32,000 nt of DNA from Trichlorobacter lovleyi SZ (lineage in GTDB: Bacteria > Desulfobacterota > Desulfuromonadia > Geobacterales > Pseudopelobacteraceae): the NCBI RefSeq assembly GCF_000020385.1, contig NC_010814.1:270001-302000 (forward strand), given 5' to 3'. The notes beneath the pieces are model-generated. The model was not told the origin of the DNA. It did no database searches and saw nothing but the letters and a program-made list of their open reading frames with translations. Positions within the stretch are counted from its first letter, which is position 1; the number at the start of each line of letters is the position of its first letter. Shown here one piece after another: positions 1-7,225 of this stretch. The translations under genes were made by a program, and so were the position numbers.

Positions 1-206
1 GTGAACATGTCGGCATTGTCGGCAGTCTGATTCTTGCTTCGGAGCAGCTCTTTCAAGGCAGGGGCAATATGTGAGGGACATTTTATCTCTTCCCGTTCCC
101 ATCGCCCAATAGTCTTGATAGATACATCAAGCTGCTCTGCAAGAGATTTCTGGGTAAAACGTCCACGGGCCTCTTTTAGTCGAACCAGAGCTTCTGAATA
201 ACTCAT
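1..206 (-). CDS. XRE/Cro-family helix-turn-helix regulator (N-terminal part; gene continues past the left edge)
   Basis: Not in the supplied track because it runs off the edge. ATG at 206-204 reads MSYSEALVRLKEARGRFTQKSLAEQLDVSIKTIGRWEREEIKCPSHIAPALKELLRSKNQTADNADMF... with no stop down to position 1. FTQKSLAEQLDVSIKTIGRWE is a classic XRE-type HTH. AGGGA lies ~9 nt upstream of the ATG. Confidence 0.7.
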   Translation of the reverse strand, partial: MSYSEALVRLKEARGRFTQKSLAEQLDVSIKTIGRWEREEIKCPSHIAPALKELLRSKNQTADNADMF

Positions 207-775
207 ATTGCACATCCCTGGGAATTTTTGTGGACATTATGGCCTACATTATTCCCAGAGTCTAGATAAAATATTGCTTTTTGAGATAAATAATGTTTCA
301 TAATCAAAGGCATTTTAGCCTTACTGTGGGAAAGTTATTATGGATATTGAGGAAAATGTCGAAAGAACAGTCGTACGTGAAAAGTGAAATGCTCCGTTGG
401 CAAAATTTATAATACCATCGTACTGAATTATCGCGTCTTACTGTTTGCAGTGATTTTATTCTGCCAGAACGCAAAGTTTGTTTTCGGCATCTTTGATTTT
501 ATACATCCATCGAGATGGTGCCAAAAACAGCCATGCACGAAAATGACGGTCTTGTATTTTGGAGGTACGATATCGGGTTTTCCGGGGAGGTCTTTGCAGT
601 GTAATCTAAAACCTGCGAAATAAAGAGCAGATCTAAACAGAAGCAGTTCAGGAGTAGTCTCTTATGTCCTAACTTGGCTCGTCATTCGGCTTTTCTGGGC
701 TGAAGGATTTGTTGCATAAAGGTTTATTACTAACTATGGCGGATTTATCGTGACTTAGATGTATGATCCTATAAG

Positions 776-2380
776 TCAATTGCGACGAAGCCATTCAGAT
801 TCGTCCAGACCTACACGAGCAAGATTTGCCGCAAAATTATTAGCAATCCTTTGGGCGTGCGACTCTTTTAGATCGAGAATCCATTTAAATTTTATTTCAT
901 CATTTGGCCCACCGATAAAATAGTAATAATCATCTTCTTTTTGAGCCTGCACAATCCCTGTGTCCTCAAAGGGAGAAAATTCTATGATTTCCAGAGCGTG
1001 ACATTCTTTATAGCAAGTAGATAGAGGGACATAGCCTTGCAATTCATTCTTTACTAACACATCAAAATTCTGGCCATCTTTCTCCATGGGGAGAAATAGA
1101 AATTTTCTATGCGTTCCTGCCGCAATTCGAACACTGTCACATTTCTGTTGAATGCATAGTAGATAATTTTCATTTTTCTTGACCACAACACCGAGGGAGA
1201 GAGATGGGCGTTGCGACGTAGATAAAAAATTTCTTTTATGATGAGTCAATATTGAAAACTCTTCATCGCAATCAGCATTGGTGAAGTTATGAGGTCTAAA
1301 TGATTCGCAGGAATATTTCTTCAAACGGCGGCGCTCAAAGTTTTTAATATCATCTTCACTTAAGATAGCTTTACCTGAGTTGTCTACCTCACTATTTAAA
1401 AGTGCAATATATCCTTTGTTTTGCCATAACACCCTCTTATTGCTGTCAATATTTATTTTATGTTTGTCTGTAGCCTTTATTTCAGTATCTATAAACTCTT
1501 GGGATGATAACCAATCGCAAACTATATTACTGGAAACTTGCTGTGAAATATCTGCATTAGTAAGAATTGCGTTTAGTTGTCCACAAATGGTTTCCTTCAG
1601 AAGTTCTCCTGCATCCTCTGGCCAAGGTAGCATGGCTCGATGTGCAACGAAAGCTGGGTCCAGAGAAGGAGAAAAATCGGCTAATAATTTGTAGGTGTTG
1701 TTTCTAAGCTGTGTTAATGCATTCAAGCACGTATTGCTCAGTAGCCCTGCGGATACTTTTGCATATTCGATTGGTACCTCGTCGAGCAATCCCGAGTAGG
1801 ATTTAAGGCGCGGTTTCATTTCAGGCATGTGCATGAATCTTGGAGCTGCACTTTCTTTTGCCCAAATTGATATCCTGACGCCCCCAAAGGAAAGTGTAAA
1901 AGCATCTAGCGGTTTGAAGCATACAAAAGATTCGCTTAGTTGAGTCATGATTTCATTAAGATTGGTTTCGCCGGTGTAAATAAAAATCAATTTGAGCTGA
2001 TCTACTGGGACATCATTCTCAGCGGTGAGGCTCTTGATTATTTGTATTGCAAAATTGCCTCTGAAATCTGCTACATCATCTTCCTCTTCATTTAAATCTA
2101 CTCCAGTAGATGGGGAAATGTTTTTGATATCAATTCTCCAATCGAGAACAACAACGTCTGCCTTTCTTCCAATACTGACAACCATTGACAAATCATCCTG
2201 ATGTTCAGGTGCAAATGCAGTGGCCATGAGGCCTTTGGACGCAGATTCTCTAATTATTGGATTAACATCGAAGGGATGATCATCTTGCTCTGGGCAGTAG
2301 GCCTTATCATCTACAAAAAGAATGGACTGAATAAAATCTTGTGCGATGACTTCTGACATGGCCATGAATTCTCTACTCAT
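776..2380 (-). CDS. Receiver (REC)-like domain protein with uncharacterised ~340-aa C-terminal domain
   Basis: Track ORF is 776..2428. I prefer the ATG at 2380 (MSREF...): it overlaps the upstream stop as ATGAGTAG and follows GGTGGGGA, whereas 2428 lies 56 nt inside the upstream gene. The N-terminal ~170 aa shows the ordered receiver signature: ILFVDDK (acidic pair), DVVVLDWRI (Asp), LIFIYTGE (Thr), ISIWAKE (Lys). The spacers are longer than in CheY and include an acidic NEEEDDVADF insert. The C-terminal part has no motif I recognise. Confidence 0.7.
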   Translation of the reverse strand: MSREFMAMSEVIAQDFIQSILFVDDKAYCPEQDDHPFDVNPIIRESASKGLMATAFAPEHQDDLSMVVSIGRKADVVVLDWRIDIKNISPSTGVDLNEEEDDVADFRGNFAIQIIKSLTAENDVPVDQLKLIFIYTGETNLNEIMTQLSESFVCFKPLDAFTLSFGGVRISIWAKESAAPRFMHMPEMKPRLKSYSGLLDEVPIEYAKVSAGLLSNTCLNALTQLRNNTYKLLADFSPSLDPAFVAHRAMLPWPEDAGELLKETICGQLNAILTNADISQQVSSNIVCDWLSSQEFIDTEIKATDKHKINIDSNKRVLWQNKGYIALLNSEVDNSGKAILSEDDIKNFERRRLKKYSCESFRPHNFTNADCDEEFSILTHHKRNFLSTSQRPSLSLGVVVKKNENYLLCIQQKCDSVRIAAGTHRKFLFLPMEKDGQNFDVLVKNELQGYVPLSTCYKECHALEIIEFSPFEDTGIVQAQKEDDYYYFIGGPNDEIKFKWILDLKESHAQRIANNFAANLARVGLDESEWLRRN

Positions 2381-5357
2381 CAGAATCCCCACCTTCAAAT
2401 TTTTGTACACAGAATGTAACTGTTGCATTGTCGCGAGGATCAGCTACGAAGACCTCATATCCAATACTTTTAAGGACATCTCTTGTGATGTGTAGCCCCA
2501 TTCCTCTGCCGCGTCCATTTGGTGTCTCTTTTTTCGAATACCCTAACTCAAACACGCGCTCCTTAATAGATTCTTGTATAGGCGGTCCATTGTTGGAAAT
2601 GTAAAATCCCCCATCATCTGCATGTAATCTTATAACTTTATCAATATTATCATCTGTTTGCTTCAGCCAATAAACTGCGTTATCTACAATGTTGACGAAT
2701 ACGGGATATATTTTTGAACGACACGCAAAAATACTACGTAAGTTAAATCCTCTAGTGGCTTTAAGTTCGATATTGTGCCTTCGGAAGCGTTCCTTAAAAA
2801 TATCAAGAATAAAAGCAGATATATCTTTGTAGGGTATATTTTCCTGTTTCCTGTACATCCTTCTGTCAAGAGGTGTGAATAGAGACAAGTAGTTATCGAG
2901 GTGTTCAAAATTAGCGCGTAAATTTTTATATAATGATTCGTATTTTTCGTTTACATCACTTAACATCTTTAGGTCTTTTATGTTTTCTCTAATTGCCTGT
3001 GCGGTGCTGGTAAACTCATGGTGAATTACACCAACCGCAAGGCCTAGCTGACTCAGCTCGATATCAACATTAATTTGGCCTCGAAGTTCTTCCAGCTCGT
3101 TCTCTAGGGCATCATTAATATCTGCTTGGGTAATTATATGCCCGTCTTCGTCTTTGCTCCAATGAATGGCGCTTAGTTGTGACTGGACACTTTCAAGAAT
3201 TTGCTTATGTTGTCGCGCTTCAGCGGTGATCTTTTCTTCAATCTCAAGTCGTTTATTGAATAGCTCGTCATCTCCGAGCTTGGATATGTCGAGTTTTGCA
3301 AATTCAACTTTTATATTCTTCAGTGAGTCAGACAGTGTCACCATTACTTCTCTAGTCAAATCAATAACCTGTCGGTTAACAACTTTAATAACATCGTTGG
3401 TCAGTTTGGATTCAACACCTACTGATTTTTCTACATTGGCTGCGATATCATCGATAGCCTGCTGAAGTCGTACTCGTTTGTTTAGTTCAACCTTATATTC
3501 ATTTTTATAAGTGTCGATCAGGTTAGAAATTGTTTTTTTAGTGCATTGAAAATAATCTACATTAAACCTGCTCCACTCATCCTGATAAGCCTCCCACTCC
3601 TGTCGGAGGTCTTTGCTTAGAACAAAACCCTTTGGATTAGATATTCGATAGCTATCTTCAATACTGGTGACGGTTTTTAAAAGATGTAGTTCAAGATCAA
3701 GCATCTTTCTGGCTAATTCATCGTGATCATTTATTATGCTTAACGCCCGCAGTTCTTCCTCAGCTTTAGCATGTACTGTTTCTAACTCGCTTGGAATATT
3801 TATCTTATTATTGTTAAAGTCATTAAGAGCTTTTTGGAATTTTTGTTTTTTCCCAGATGCTTGACTGTCCCTTTTCTGCTTGGCTTTGAATGCTCGATCA
3901 AACTCCACCTTTTTTGCTGTCCACAATTCAGATTTCGGACCGCCATCTGCGCGGAAAAAGTCATTAGCGAGCTGTAGAAAAAAATTGATTAGAATATCTC
4001 TGAGCTGACGGTAAGCTTTGTTTTCGATAAAGCCTTCACGCCCCGCTTTTTCAGTAAGTCCTGAATTATCTAAATGTTTGATATCTATGTATCCCATCAT
4101 TAGCCGATGAGAGAAAAAATAATACTTTGCGCTTTTTGTTCTTCTTTTTTCTATATCAAGCCAATCGTAGTCACTATCACCATATGGCAATATGCGTATG
4201 CCGTCTCTATAGATGTATAAACCCCCAAGGATGTTCGTCTTTGAATGAAGAGGGCTCCAGTCATCTCGACTTAGTAGAGTGTCTTTTTCTGTTCCCTGAA
4301 GATAATGTACGGTTAAGTTAAATGGACCACAGAGTGTTTTTCTCCCGTTCGCACCATGCCAGAGAATTTCATGTTGATATGTCTCCTCGTTGTAGACTGT
4401 CACCTGCCCGGCAAACTGACCATATTCGTCGAATCTGCCACTGAAATGATGGTCCGCTTGAGCACAGTCATCAGGAGTAAAGAATATTGCTTGATCAATA
4501 AGATTATTGGATTTCGAGAGATCTTGATTTTTATAGTCTCTAAAGGCGGTATTAATCACATGTGGTGCTTCCGCATTCATTGTGTTTGTGAAGCCAAGAA
4601 GCATTTTCTGCATAGTAGAGATGTCGCCGGAATTATAATCCTTATCAAGAGAGCTCGCGAGACTCTCGTCCACAGGGGTGATGTAAAAATGGGTGCCAAT
4701 TGAATTATTGCTTAACAGAAGACCATCAAAGAAACTATCCCATTCTTTAGGATTAATTTTGAATGATTTCAGTTGCTCAAGAACTCTTTGGTAATCAATT
4801 TCATCAATTTTGTCTTCAGCGTTTACGAGGCTTTCAACCACCTCGCCGACTAGCTTTTGAACAAAATCCGAATCCGGGAAGCTGTTGTCTTCAAACTCAT
4901 AGACGGGAATATGAATATCTTCGAGAACTAAACCTGGTAGACCGAATATGTCCCAGTTTATAAATGATACGACAAGAGTCTGTGTCTCATTTTCTCTGAG
5001 AGCTCGTGTTAATATCAACACCTGTGGACCAATAGCAGAAATGGCCAAGCGGCCAATACCTTTTTCCCCCATGATAGGACGTTCAGGCTTGCTGAAAGGA
5101 TTTATTTGTGGTTTCTTTCCATACTTGCTGTCTGTTCCAATTGTAAGCCACTTCGACTCAAATTCAGCACGGGTCATTCCATATCCATTATCACGGATAA
5201 GAAGACAGTTTTTATGCCGAAAGTAATCAACTTCTACTTCGTCGGCATACGCATCGTAAGCATTTTTGAACAATTCACTTGTTGCTGTAGGAATTCCGGC
5301 GATTTGTTGGCGGCCGAGCATCTCCAAGGCACGAGCCGATGTTTTAAAATTAGCCAT
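2373..5357 (-). CDS. Dual GHKL protein: N-terminal MORC/Hsp90/MutL-like ATPase + coiled coil + C-terminal histidine-kinase (DHp+CA) core
   Basis: The track ORF starts at a TTG (5369). The ATG at 5357 (MANFKT...) has GAGG 6 nt upstream and overlaps the methyltransferase stop (ATGGCTAA). N-terminal Bergerat-fold motifs: ELFKNAYDA (ExxxNxxDA), IRDNGYGM (DxGxG), GEKGIGRLA (GxxGxG). Residues ~480-770 are K/E/L-rich and coiled-coil-like. C-terminal motifs: H-box-like LAVGVIHHEFTST (HHE codons at 3015..3023), N-box VFVNIVDNAVYWL, G1-like ISNNGPPI, F-box VFELGYS, G2 GRGRGMGLHI. Confidence 0.88.
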   Translation of the reverse strand: MANFKTSARALEMLGRQQIAGIPTATSELFKNAYDAYADEVEVDYFRHKNCLLIRDNGYGMTRAEFESKWLTIGTDSKYGKKPQINPFSKPERPIMGEKGIGRLAISAIGPQVLILTRALRENETQTLVVSFINWDIFGLPGLVLEDIHIPVYEFEDNSFPDSDFVQKLVGEVVESLVNAEDKIDEIDYQRVLEQLKSFKINPKEWDSFFDGLLLSNNSIGTHFYITPVDESLASSLDKDYNSGDISTMQKMLLGFTNTMNAEAPHVINTAFRDYKNQDLSKSNNLIDQAIFFTPDDCAQADHHFSGRFDEYGQFAGQVTVYNEETYQHEILWHGANGRKTLCGPFNLTVHYLQGTEKDTLLSRDDWSPLHSKTNILGGLYIYRDGIRILPYGDSDYDWLDIEKRRTKSAKYYFFSHRLMMGYIDIKHLDNSGLTEKAGREGFIENKAYRQLRDILINFFLQLANDFFRADGGPKSELWTAKKVEFDRAFKAKQKRDSQASGKKQKFQKALNDFNNNKINIPSELETVHAKAEEELRALSIINDHDELARKMLDLELHLLKTVTSIEDSYRISNPKGFVLSKDLRQEWEAYQDEWSRFNVDYFQCTKKTISNLIDTYKNEYKVELNKRVRLQQAIDDIAANVEKSVGVESKLTNDVIKVVNRQVIDLTREVMVTLSDSLKNIKVEFAKLDISKLGDDELFNKRLEIEEKITAEARQHKQILESVQSQLSAIHWSKDEDGHIITQADINDALENELEELRGQINVDIELSQLGLAVGVIHHEFTSTAQAIRENIKDLKMLSDVNEKYESLYKNLRANFEHLDNYLSLFTPLDRRMYRKQENIPYKDISAFILDIFKERFRRHNIELKATRGFNLRSIFACRSKIYPVFVNIVDNAVYWLKQTDDNIDKVIRLHADDGGFYISNNGPPIQESIKERVFELGYSKKETPNGRGRGMGLHITRDVLKSIGYEVFVADPRDNATVTFCVQKFEGGDSDE

Positions 5358-6477
5358 GAATTGCCTCAATGTGTTTTATGAATTGTTTGCCCATCGCAAA
5401 GGCAAGGTCAACAGGTACAGCATTTCCTATTTGTCTTGCCATAGAATTCAGATTTCCAGTGAACTCAAAGGTATCATCAAATCCCTGAAGTCGCGCCGCT
5501 TCTCTGACGCTTATTGCTCTGTCCTGTACAGGGTGACCGAACCTTCCGTTCGAATAACTGATACACCGTGTTGTTAGGCCTGTCGCCGGTTTTTTCCACC
5601 ATAAGCGTCCATAACAATCAGTATGTCCAGAATGGGTTGTACCGTCTTCATTTGTGCGAGTGTAACACTCTGGCCAGAGTGCCCTCGGCCAGTTATTACG
5701 ACCCCCACCATCATGAGTGGATGCTTTGATTCTTTCTAAGTTGATTTCCGACAACATGGCGGCGCGATGATTCAGTACATTATTTCCAGCATAACTCTCG
5801 CCGGCAGTAATAGCAGGAAGATCAGCTATTGCATCGTATACGGTTTTGTATGGGGTATCAGAGTCTTTCCCATGAGTAGGTTCTGGAATGGATATTTCTC
5901 CGTGCCTGCTCGCCAATAGAACAAAACGCCGACGTAGCTGAGGCGCTCCGTAATCTTGTGCAGCAACTACTCCATAGGCAATTTGGTAATTCAGTTTATG
6001 CAGAAGTTCTTCGAACGCAGGGAATGGACCATGCTTGTGGTTGGGAACTTTTTGCAGTCCGGGGACATTTTCCACAAATACAAAATCCGGCTCGCACTCT
6101 TTTACGATGGTGCCAAAATATGTTAATAGATCTTTACGCTCGTCCTGTTTAGGACTTTCCGTATTTTGCTTGGTGAAAGGCTGGCAGGGAGCACAGCCGC
6201 AGAAAAGTTTGTAACTGTCCTTATACTTGTCAAGCGTATGCTGAAAATCGAGAACGGTAAGTTTTTTAATGCTTTTATCGCAAAAATCTGTAGACGGAAA
6301 ATTTTTGGTAAAGGTGTTCTTTGCATCCTTATCAACGTCAAGTGCAAACGCAATATCCATTCCAGCTTTCTGAAAGCCTCTACTTGTTCCTCCACAACCG
6401 CAGAAGAAGTCGAAAACAGATATGTTTTTTTTATCATGATTTATCATAACTGTCCCATCGCAATGATGTCCATCCAT
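5350..6477 (-). CDS. dcm: DNA (cytosine-5)-methyltransferase
   Basis: All canonical C5-MTase motifs are present in order: I FDFFCGCGGTSRGF (FxGxG), IV GCAPCQPFT (PCQ catalytic Cys), VI FVFVENVPGL (ENV), VIII QLRRRFVLLAS (QxRxR), IX REAARLQGFDD, X GNAVPV. The start could also be the internal Met at 6447 (MINHDKK); neither start has a strong SD. Confidence 0.95.
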   Translation of the reverse strand: MDGHHCDGTVMINHDKKNISVFDFFCGCGGTSRGFQKAGMDIAFALDVDKDAKNTFTKNFPSTDFCDKSIKKLTVLDFQHTLDKYKDSYKLFCGCAPCQPFTKQNTESPKQDERKDLLTYFGTIVKECEPDFVFVENVPGLQKVPNHKHGPFPAFEELLHKLNYQIAYGVVAAQDYGAPQLRRRFVLLASRHGEISIPEPTHGKDSDTPYKTVYDAIADLPAITAGESYAGNNVLNHRAAMLSEINLERIKASTHDGGGRNNWPRALWPECYTRTNEDGTTHSGHTDCYGRLWWKKPATGLTTRCISYSNGRFGHPVQDRAISVREAARLQGFDDTFEFTGNLNSMARQIGNAVPVDLAFAMGKQFIKHIEAIHG

Positions 6478-6520
6478 GGCGCTGCCTTTGATACTTTTAT
6501 TGATGTAAAAAAATCCTCAC

Positions 6521-6549
6521 AATATAAAAAATAGTCAATCAAATAACAA
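6521..6549 (-). promoter_or_regulatory. Candidate sigma70-type promoter for the methyltransferase operon
   Basis: On the minus strand: TTGTTA (6549..6544), a 17-nt spacer, then TATATT (6526..6521), ~45 nt upstream of the ATG at 6477. The region is AT-rich, so chance matches are likely. Confidence 0.25.
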
Positions 6550-6583
6550 AGCCGCCCGTCAGCAAAAAACTGAAGCAGGCGGC
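6541..6583 (-). terminator. Candidate Rho-independent terminator (minus strand) upstream of the methyltransferase operon
   Basis: The minus strand reads GCCGCC-TG-CTTCAG-TTTTTTG-CTGACG-GGCGGC followed by TTTGTTATTTG. That gives two 6-bp stem segments (one mismatch, small internal loop) plus a T-rich tail. It would insulate the cargo operon from read-through coming from the tra side. Confidence 0.35.
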
Positions 6584-6809
6584 AAGATGTATAAATAAAG
6601 TTTTTTGAAGGGCACAGAGCCTACCGCCCACTGCCTTGCCCTTCATAAATGCACTAAAATACCATGTTAATACATCTTTTGGCCACAGCTGTCAATCGAT
6701 ATGCAAATGCAGAACATCCGTTTCGGAATTGACACGCATAACACACCATGTCCGACTAAGACAGGTTGCGCAACGCCTTGTAATAACTGTGTATTGCCAA
6801 TAAAATGAA

Positions 6810-6838
6810 TTGACAGAGAAATTTAAACTGGTCAAAAT
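6810..6838 (+). promoter_or_regulatory. Candidate promoter for the small plus-strand membrane-protein gene
   Basis: Perfect -35 TTGACA (6810..6815), 17-nt spacer, weak -10 CAAAAT (6833..6838). It sits ~50 nt upstream of the GTG at 6890. Confidence 0.3.
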
Positions 6839-6889
6839 ATATACATAATGCTCAGTCGAATTCAGACTGCTCATACAAGGAGGGATGAC

Positions 6890-7225
6890 GTGCCCACAAG
6901 TAAAATGAGAGCAATTATTATTTCTGCTGTCGGAACCGTTATTCCTTGCATTATTGCGGGAGCAATTGTCGGCATATTCTTTAGATCGTCATTCTGGTAC
7001 TGGACACTGGGAATCGCTGTTCTGGCGTTCCTCTATGCTTGCCTGGACCGAATACCCTTACGCCTGTTTACAGGAACAATGAAAGGGTTACCTCTGGGTG
7101 GGTTATTAAGGTATGGCTACGCAAGTACAGACAAAAGACCTGTACCCACTTTCTACGAAATCGAAGACCGAGAACGATTCAACATCTATTCTTACGATCA
7201 TTATTATGGTGATCGTGAAAAGTAA
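6890..7225 (+). CDS. Small membrane protein (2 predicted TM helices), unknown function
   Basis: Track ORF is 6848..7225. The GTG at 6890 follows a strong SD (AAGGAGGGATGAC-GTG), so I start it there (VPTSKMRAIIISAVGTVIPCIIAGAIVGIFF...). It has two hydrophobic segments and a charged C-terminal tail. This is the only convincing plus-strand gene in the window. Confidence 0.55.
   Translation: MPTSKMRAIIISAVGTVIPCIIAGAIVGIFFRSSFWYWTLGIAVLAFLYACLDRIPLRLFTGTMKGLPLGGLLRYGYASTDKRPVPTFYEIEDRERFNIYSYDHYYGDREK

Noticed and set aside
203-313. 36-codon minus-strand mini-ORF (MPLIMKHYLSQKAIFYLDSGNNVGHNVHKNSQGCAI) whose TGA overlaps the XRE ATG as ATGA
   Set aside because: The coupling geometry is suggestive of a leader or small toxin. 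However, it is very short, has only a weak AGG upstream and no recognisable features. This is not enough to call a gene.
384-623. 79-aa plus-strand ORF in the AT-rich gap between the XRE gene and the REC-protein gene
   Set aside because: It has no SD, odd composition and no motif. The minus strand here also translates to a short stop-bounded fragment (..RYRTSKIQDRHFRAWLF..) that I could not assign to any transposase or integrase family. I treat the region as non-coding or degraded.
2381-2428. Longer N-terminus (MQQLHSVYKNLKVGIL) for the REC-domain protein
   Set aside because: It would lie 56 nt inside the upstream gene. The downstream ATG has an SD and the typical 8-nt stop/start overlap.
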